Origin: an uncultured bacterium
GTDB taxonomy: Bacteria > Chloroflexota > Anaerolineae > Anaerolineales > UBA4823
DNA: 64,000 bases
Direction of reading: 5' to 3'
NCBI GenBank assembly: GCA_965603285.1
Contig: CBFDCK010000002.1
Span: 410-64,409, forward strand
Shown piece after piece: positions 58,601 through 64,000 of the stretch. Each line of letters opens with the position of its first letter. Position 1 is the stretch's first letter. The notes beneath the pieces are model-generated. The model did no database searches. It was not told the DNA's origin and saw only the letters and a list, made by a program, of their open reading frames with translations. Both the position numbers and the translations under genes were made by a program.

Positions 58601-59372
58601 AGAGCAAGATTTCACGTGCCTGACCTGCTTTTAATCCACCAAAGGTAAGAGCCGAGCGAGTTGCAAAGCCTATTGCATAAATTGCGCTCATCGTATCTGT
58701 GCCAAATGGAACCGTATAAGTGTCGTACCCAAGCTCAACACCTTCTTCCATCAACTGGTGGATGATACTGCGACCATTTACATTTCCTGAAAGGAAGGTA
58801 AGGATATTGCGTTTCTGTAATTCGCGTACAATTTGGACTGCAACTTCGTTTGATTTAGCTGCTCCAACAATTGCAGCAAAACCAGGCATACGACCATCAA
58901 CCAGTTGAATGCCCCACGAACGCAGTTGAATATCATCAATCGGACCGTTCAAATGCCCCCCATCCATCCCGGTCCCATTATCAGAGTATACGGTACCTCC
59001 CGCCAACTCGAAACCCGCCATCGGCTCTGGTTGAAGACCGTAAATAAATCTAATGGCTTCAATCGTTTCAGCAGCTAGCAATGTTGCCATCCCGCTATCT
59101 AATGTTTCACCAAGATAAGGGGTCCAATGTTTTTCGGAAGGTAACGGATGCAGGAGCTGGCGTGCTTGCTGCAGGACAGGTTCCAATTCACCTAAAGATG
59201 TGACTTCCCGACCTGTCATGCCAAATATCGTCGGTAAGAAATAACCTGTGTTTGGGAAAGCAACCGGCGTGTCTGGTCCCTTTTCGGACAAAGATTTTTG
59301 AAGCATTAATTCGGCTTCGGTGACCAGCGCGTTTGATCCCCGGATTGCACGTGTTGCTATATAACGAGACAT
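55686..59372 (-). CDS. acsB: Acetyl-CoA synthase (AcsB) fused through a long low-complexity linker to the corrinoid Fe-S protein small subunit (AcsD)
   Basis: 1228 aa. The AcsB part carries the A-cluster cysteines ([24 protein letters not shown] and ACGCFEC). A ~150-aa Pro/Ala/Glu/Val-rich linker is encoded at about 56640-57100. The C-terminal ~320 aa match AcsD/CdhD ([66 protein letters not shown]). Confidence 0.9.
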   Translation of the reverse strand: [1228 protein letters not shown]

Positions 59373-59397
59373 AAACTACCTCCTACATACCTATTAT

Positions 59398-61413
59398 CTA
59401 ATCAGCAGCCACACCATATAAGGCTGCCCTTCGTTCCGCTAGTGGGAGTTCCTCAAGTTCAATCATTCTCGAATCGCCACTCTGTCCGAAACGTTCAGGA
59501 TCATAAGCGACCAAACCCAGCTCGGCACGCTTTTTATCGATATGTTCAAGCGTCTTCTCTATCGTTTCATCAGGATCTGGGATGAATTCCATCTTACCGC
59601 CGTATAATTCTTCCCATCCTTCGCTGATGAAGTTCGAGACAATATCGCTATCAGAAACCCGGTCCGGCATGCCGCTGACTGGTGAAGTCCCACCAAATAT
59701 TACATAAGCACCTGATGCCATACAATATGTACCAATTGAGAGTGCTTTTTCGCTCATCCATTCTGGTGCCAAGCCCACAGCTGGAATCTGGTCAATGTCA
59801 TCTCCTAGACCACCCTCTTCAACCACCTGTGTCAGGACGGTCAGAATTCGAGCGTTGTCAACACAAGAGCCCATATGCAAAACTGGTGGAATCCCAATCG
59901 TTTCACAAATTTCACGCAACCCCGGTCCTACTTTGTCCAACCCAGCTTCACCAAGCAGCAACCCCATCTTCGCGCTGGCGATAGCACCGCAGCCGGTCTC
60001 CACAACCAGTACATCCTGCTTAAGCAGTTCTTCTGTGATATATGTGTGAAGATAATCCTGTTGGCTGCGAGCATTGTTGCAGCCCACGATAGCAGCCACA
60101 CCTCTTATACGCCCCGAAATGACTGCATCATTTAAAGGTCTGAACGAGGCCCGGTACGCTCCTCCCAACATATAATTGATATATTCGTGAGAAAAACCTG
60201 GGATTAAATCTTCGCGGTGATCAGGGATATGGATTTTACCACGGTTCTGGTAATTATCAACAGCTTTTCGGAGGATATCCTTTGCTATGGACAAAGCATG
60301 GTGTTCATCGAATTCAATATGCGTTGCCCCTTTAATTTTTACTTTTGGTGAAGTGGTTATGATCAACGTATGGAAATTGCTCGCCAGCCCAACTAGCGCT
60401 TGCATAATGCATTGAACGTCAACAATCATCGCTTCCACAGCGCCTGTAAGGATGGACAATTCCTGGTGCAGGAAATTGCCTGCAGCAGGGATTCCCTGGC
60501 GCATAAGGATTTCATTGGCAGTACAGCAAATTCCAGACAGGTTAATTCCCTCAGCGCCGGCAGCCCTTGCGTATTCAATAATCTCTGGGTCTTGAGTGGC
60601 AGCCACAATCATTTGGCTGAGAGTAGGTTCGTGCCCGTGAACGACAACATTTACCATGTTATCTTTAAGAACACCCAGGTTCGCTTGCCCTAAAATTGGG
60701 GCCGGTGTTCCGAATAGAATATCGGACACATCAGTCGCTATCAAGCTGCCGCCCCATCCATCCCCAATAGCAGTTCGGACTGCATGCTGGAGGATGTGTT
60801 CAGCATCTTGATCATCACCAATATGGGTACGGTGAAGACATTCAACGATTTCGCGGTCAATACCACGCGGCATTACGCCAGTGTCTTCCCACAACTTTTG
60901 TCGCTTCTCTGGAGCACGTATAACCGGTATTACTTTCCCTTCCTGCTGACCAAACTGTGATAGATATAAATCCGCCAGATCATTTGCAATCTCATTAGGC
61001 GAGCGATCTTCTATTGGTATGCCATAGGTTGCAGCCAATGTCCGTAATTTCGCCACATCTCGAATGACATAACCCTCTGTTTCACCGTTAGCAACTGCTT
61101 TAAGGGTCATTGCCATGCCTCGCCCGTGATCAGAGTGTGCCGCAGCCCCAGCAGCGATTGCACGGATGAGATTGCGCGCTTGAACTGTGTCAATCGTTGC
61201 GCCGCAAACACCCGTTTGACCTTCTTTCGTTAGGCGGCATGGACCCATACTGCAGATTTTGCAACACATTCCAGCGCCACCAATATTACAAGCGGTAGAT
61301 TCATCGGCTCTGCTGAATGCGGTGCTAATACCGAGCTCATCAGCGCGAATTAACATTTCTTGCGCTGCGGGGTCTGCTGTGCGTTCTTCTTGTGTCCTCT
61401 TCTTTTTTGCCAT
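59398..61413 (-). CDS. cooS: Anaerobic Ni-Fe-S carbon monoxide dehydrogenase catalytic subunit
   Basis: About 671 aa. N-terminal cluster motifs CNIGGAGMCCKICSMGPCRL. HGH and cluster-C cysteine regions. ATG 61413 lies 7 nt after GGAGGA. The ORF track starts one codon earlier at a GTG. Confidence 0.95.
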   Translation of the reverse strand: MAKKKRTQEERTADPAAQEMLIRADELGISTAFSRADESTACNIGGAGMCCKICSMGPCRLTKEGQTGVCGATIDTVQARNLIRAIAAGAAAHSDHGRGMAMTLKAVANGETEGYVIRDVAKLRTLAATYGIPIEDRSPNEIANDLADLYLSQFGQQEGKVIPVIRAPEKRQKLWEDTGVMPRGIDREIVECLHRTHIGDDQDAEHILQHAVRTAIGDGWGGSLIATDVSDILFGTPAPILGQANLGVLKDNMVNVVVHGHEPTLSQMIVAATQDPEIIEYARAAGAEGINLSGICCTANEILMRQGIPAAGNFLHQELSILTGAVEAMIVDVQCIMQALVGLASNFHTLIITTSPKVKIKGATHIEFDEHHALSIAKDILRKAVDNYQNRGKIHIPDHREDLIPGFSHEYINYMLGGAYRASFRPLNDAVISGRIRGVAAIVGCNNARSQQDYLHTYITEELLKQDVLVVETGCGAIASAKMGLLLGEAGLDKVGPGLREICETIGIPPVLHMGSCVDNARILTVLTQVVEEGGLGDDIDQIPAVGLAPEWMSEKALSIGTYCMASGAYVIFGGTSPVSGMPDRVSDSDIVSNFISEGWEELYGGKMEFIPDPDETIEKTLEHIDKKRAELGLVAYDPERFGQSGDSRMIELEELPLAERRAALYGVAAD

Positions 61414-61416
61414 CAC

Positions 61417-61818
61417 TTAATCCTCCATTTCAGTTTTTATGACACCAATACCTGGACAGTTCCATAAGGGTCTGCCCGAATAACTAACATTTTGTGCAAA
61501 ACCTACTGTTTGCTGGCTTTTTTCAAATACCTCTGTATGGCGAAAGTACGATTTGGATCGGTCTGCTTCTAGGTATGTCGCTGAATCCGCTTCGACAGGA
61601 AGCTCCCACTCACCAAGATAACCCGCTTCTTGCAACTTCGTTTCGATTTCCTGATCATCTAATTTTTCAGGATTGAAACTTACCTCAACCATATGGAAAG
61701 TACTGCTTGCATAGACTTCTTCAACGCCAGGTAATTCGAGCAATATACGCCGCACCTCCACAACATGGTGGTCACCGTACATCGCTGGCAGGTTAAAAGA
61801 TATTGTTTTCATTGGCAT
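61417..61818 (-). CDS. HMA-fold-like small protein lacking the CxxC metal site; possible CODH/ACS accessory protein
   Basis: 133 aa. Residues 4-70 align to the ferredoxin-like HMA pattern (ISFNLPAM-YGDHH-VVEVRRILLELPGVEEV...VEVSFNPEKL...IETKLQEAGY). Its stop is 3 nt from the cooS ATG. Confidence 0.6.
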   Translation of the reverse strand: MPMKTISFNLPAMYGDHHVVEVRRILLELPGVEEVYASSTFHMVEVSFNPEKLDDQEIETKLQEAGYLGEWELPVEADSATYLEADRSKSYFRHTEVFEKSQQTVGFAQNVSYSGRPLWNCPGIGVIKTEMED

Positions 61819-61902
61819 TTTCCTTTGTTATTTTATTGTCTTCTTTTTATATGGTTTTCTTGAAAATTTAGTTCTATTACTTCTTTTTTTTGTACAATTA
61901 TG

Positions 61903-61947
61903 AAAAAAGCCTCGCTTAGAAACCCATTGGGTTAATCAAGCCAGGCT
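61903..61947 (-). terminator. Intrinsic terminator between the RACo-like paralog and the acs operon
   Basis: On the minus strand: agcctggctt...aagcgaggct (9/10 bp) with an inner aaccc/gggtt hairpin, followed by tttttt. Confidence 0.65.
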
Positions 61948-62241
61948 GAACGACTTGGTGGGGTCTTGAAGTAACATGATTCAGATTTCTATGATGACGA
62001 CTAATAATTCGATGTTCACCATTAAATACGTAATTGACACAGATCATTGCTAATCGCATTTTACTAACTGAATTTAGTTTTGATATTCCCGATTCTCGCA
62101 ATTTATAACAAAAATGTAATTGATGGACAAGTGACAAATATAACTATTTTTGTATGGTTTTTCTTCACACGGGTTCAAACAGTGGTTTTCTTTGATTTTT
62201 AGTTATTATTATAATGAAAAATAGGCATCTTTATCCATATT

Positions 62242-63828
62242 TCATATTTTATGTGTACCGTATGAATTCAAAGACATCGATTGTATATATCTATTAATAA
62301 ACATCTGGTCCTTTTCAAGATCAATCTGTTGGGCGTACCTAGCTAGCTTTTCCCCCAATGCAAAACCATCATCCGAAAGAAACATCGCCGCCCCCATCCC
62401 GGCCCCATTTGGTACAGCTTCAACCACTTCTGAAATAACCGGTGGGATCAATCCTAAACCGATTGCGGCGGATATATCCACTTGGCCGCCAAAGGAACCA
62501 GTCAAAATAACTCGCTCTAAGTCATCTGGGGATAGATTTATTCGGGACATAAGCGTATCTATGGTGGCGCGTATTGCGCCCTTCGCTTTTTGTAGTTCAC
62601 GGATATCCCATTGAGTTAGCCATAAATTATCGTCTTCTGTGAGCTGAATTCTGCGTACGCCGCGTTGATCAATGCCAATACGATTCGTTAATATCGAAGG
62701 TTCACTCATTATGCGCCCATTGGGTGCAACAACTCCCCACCGACGTAATTCATCCACCAGACTGAGAAGTCCAGAACCTGTGAGCCCAACCGGAGTTTCG
62801 TTCCCAATAGTCTCAAAGAGTATATTTTCTCCATCAATTTGTACTTTTACAATCCCGCCATCGACTGCTCGTGTACCACAGGAGATCATCACCCCTTCGA
62901 ACGCGGGGCCTGCCGCTGTTGAAGCCGTCAGAATTCTTTTACCGTCGGTAATCATTACTTCACCATTAGTTCCAAGATCAATAGCCGCCATAGGTCCTGG
63001 TGGTTCTTCAAATCCAAAAAAAGCTAAACAAGCCAATGCATCCGATCCAACAAATCCACCGATTAATGGCGGCATCCTAACACGAACTCTCTCAGGAAAT
63101 ATCCCGCCTAAGAGTGATCCGGCATCCAATATAGATTCCTTCTTGTATGGTTGAAAAGGATTAACCGCTATCGTATCTAACGGAAATTTTGCGATTAAGT
63201 GGTGCATTACAACATTACCCACAATTATGCCTCGTTCCACTTGGTTTCGAATCTTGGATGAAAGCCGGAGAGCATCGATTGCTTGGTTGATAGACGACAA
63301 AGCCAGGTTGTGAAGCCTTTCGTAGGTGATTGGGTCTCTACGGGCAGCAGCCAGTCGTGAAATTACATCCGCCCCATAAATGGACTGCTGATTTAGGACT
63401 GCCCCACCAGCACAAACCTCACCATTGTCAAGCGTCGTCAGAAACGCTGCCACAGTAGTAGAACCCAGGTCTATTGCTAAACCCAAGGGCAACCCCCCTT
63501 TTTTATAGCGATTGCTGGCACGAAACACCTTATCCGAATAAACAAGAATCGGTGATAATAAGACTTCTAGATTTTCTTGAACGCGCGTCCGGCATGCCAG
63601 ACGGGTGTTGATTGATAATTCACCTGCTGTCAAGTACTGTAATTCTATTGTGTCAGGTGGGGAAGCGCCCTTTTCGATTAACACCTTGCACAAACCGCAA
63701 GTGCCTTTGCCTGCACAGGGCTGTTCGAGCGGTAACCCAGAGGCCGCGATAGCTTCCCCCAAAATTCCACCTTGCTCTATGTTGACAGATTTACTTGTGT
63801 CTCCATAAATTACTGATACAGTAGGCAT
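62242..63828 (-). CDS. Second RACo-like protein (2Fe-2S ferredoxin plus ASKHA ATPase, DUF4445-like)
   Basis: 528 aa. CAGKGTCGLCKV ferredoxin motif. AIDLGSTTV and IDLGTNGE ASKHA motifs. Shorter than the in-cluster paralog. Confidence 0.8.
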   Translation of the reverse strand: MPTVSVIYGDTSKSVNIEQGGILGEAIAASGLPLEQPCAGKGTCGLCKVLIEKGASPPDTIELQYLTAGELSINTRLACRTRVQENLEVLLSPILVYSDKVFRASNRYKKGGLPLGLAIDLGSTTVAAFLTTLDNGEVCAGGAVLNQQSIYGADVISRLAAARRDPITYERLHNLALSSINQAIDALRLSSKIRNQVERGIIVGNVVMHHLIAKFPLDTIAVNPFQPYKKESILDAGSLLGGIFPERVRVRMPPLIGGFVGSDALACLAFFGFEEPPGPMAAIDLGTNGEVMITDGKRILTASTAAGPAFEGVMISCGTRAVDGGIVKVQIDGENILFETIGNETPVGLTGSGLLSLVDELRRWGVVAPNGRIMSEPSILTNRIGIDQRGVRRIQLTEDDNLWLTQWDIRELQKAKGAIRATIDTLMSRINLSPDDLERVILTGSFGGQVDISAAIGLGLIPPVISEVVEAVPNGAGMGAAMFLSDDGFALGEKLARYAQQIDLEKDQMFINRYIQSMSLNSYGTHKI

Positions 63829-63943
63829 CTACTCACCTTTAAATATTGCTTGTGTTCTATCTTTTTTCTGGAGGAATTTCATATTTAAACATCAAAAATC
63901 ACTTCTATCATAGTCAATTGTAAACCAAACATAACTTACATAT

Positions 63944-63972
63944 AAAAAAACGGCTCAAATGATTAAGAGCCG
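63944..63972 (-). terminator. Terminator for a minus-strand gene lying beyond the right window edge
   Basis: Stem cggctc/gagccg with a 10-nt loop, followed on the minus strand by ttttttt. Confidence 0.5.
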
Positions 63973-64000
63973 GCTAATTGTCACTTAGGTTGTTGAAGAT

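Noticed and set aside
1-64000. Search for CRISPR arrays, rRNA genes and known defence or toxin-antitoxin modules
   Set aside because: No regularly spaced short direct repeats, no rRNA-like conserved stretches and no recognisable defence-gene motifs were seen. The only repeats are the SBP duplication, the IS30 inverted repeats, the operator pair and the tRNA-Asp fragment.

Overview
64-kb window from an anaerobic bacterium. The taxon cannot be fixed from sequence alone. Gene content (bacterial-type CODH/ACS, hyp, feoAB) and frequent TTG/GTG starts fit a Wood-Ljungdahl-bearing anaerobe. No rRNA genes and no CRISPR array were seen. The window has three blocks. (1) 1-21.2 kb is AT-richer housekeeping DNA: a Trx-VKOR fusion, a complete hypABFCDE maturation operon with no hydrogenase structural genes, feoAB, rel, an ECF sigma/anti-sigma pair, a tandem USP and a PBP2-like transpeptidase. 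(2) About 21.3-46.7 kb is a visibly GC-richer accessory carbohydrate block. It is bounded on the right by an intact tRNA-Asp(GUC) and on the left by a degenerate copy of that tRNA's 3' end. It holds two mirror-image paralogous modules (TIM-barrel sugar isomerase, Gfo/Idh/MocA oxidoreductase, DeoC-like aldolase, ROK kinase) around a GntR/HutC regulator. It also holds an IS30 element with 20-bp inverted repeats and a CUT2-type ABC transporter whose binding protein is an in-frame 1014-bp tandem duplication. Downstream of the transporter sits an unexplained gene set: an oxidoreductase, two URO-D-like proteins, a HAD hydrolase, a deoxyhypusine-synthase-like protein, an HldE-like PfkB kinase and a GmhA-like SIS protein. 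(3) 47-64 kb, all on the minus strand, holds a Glu/Leu-type dehydrogenase fused to a CBS pair, a 422-aa unknown, panB, and a compact carbonyl-branch Wood-Ljungdahl cluster (cooS/acsA, an acsB-acsD fusion, acsC, a RACo-type activator, acsE). That cluster is preceded by a cysteine-less HMA-like protein and a second RACo-like paralog. All coordinates, motifs and repeats were read by hand from the sequence and the ORF track. Family assignments rest on recognised motifs and need HMM/BLAST confirmation.
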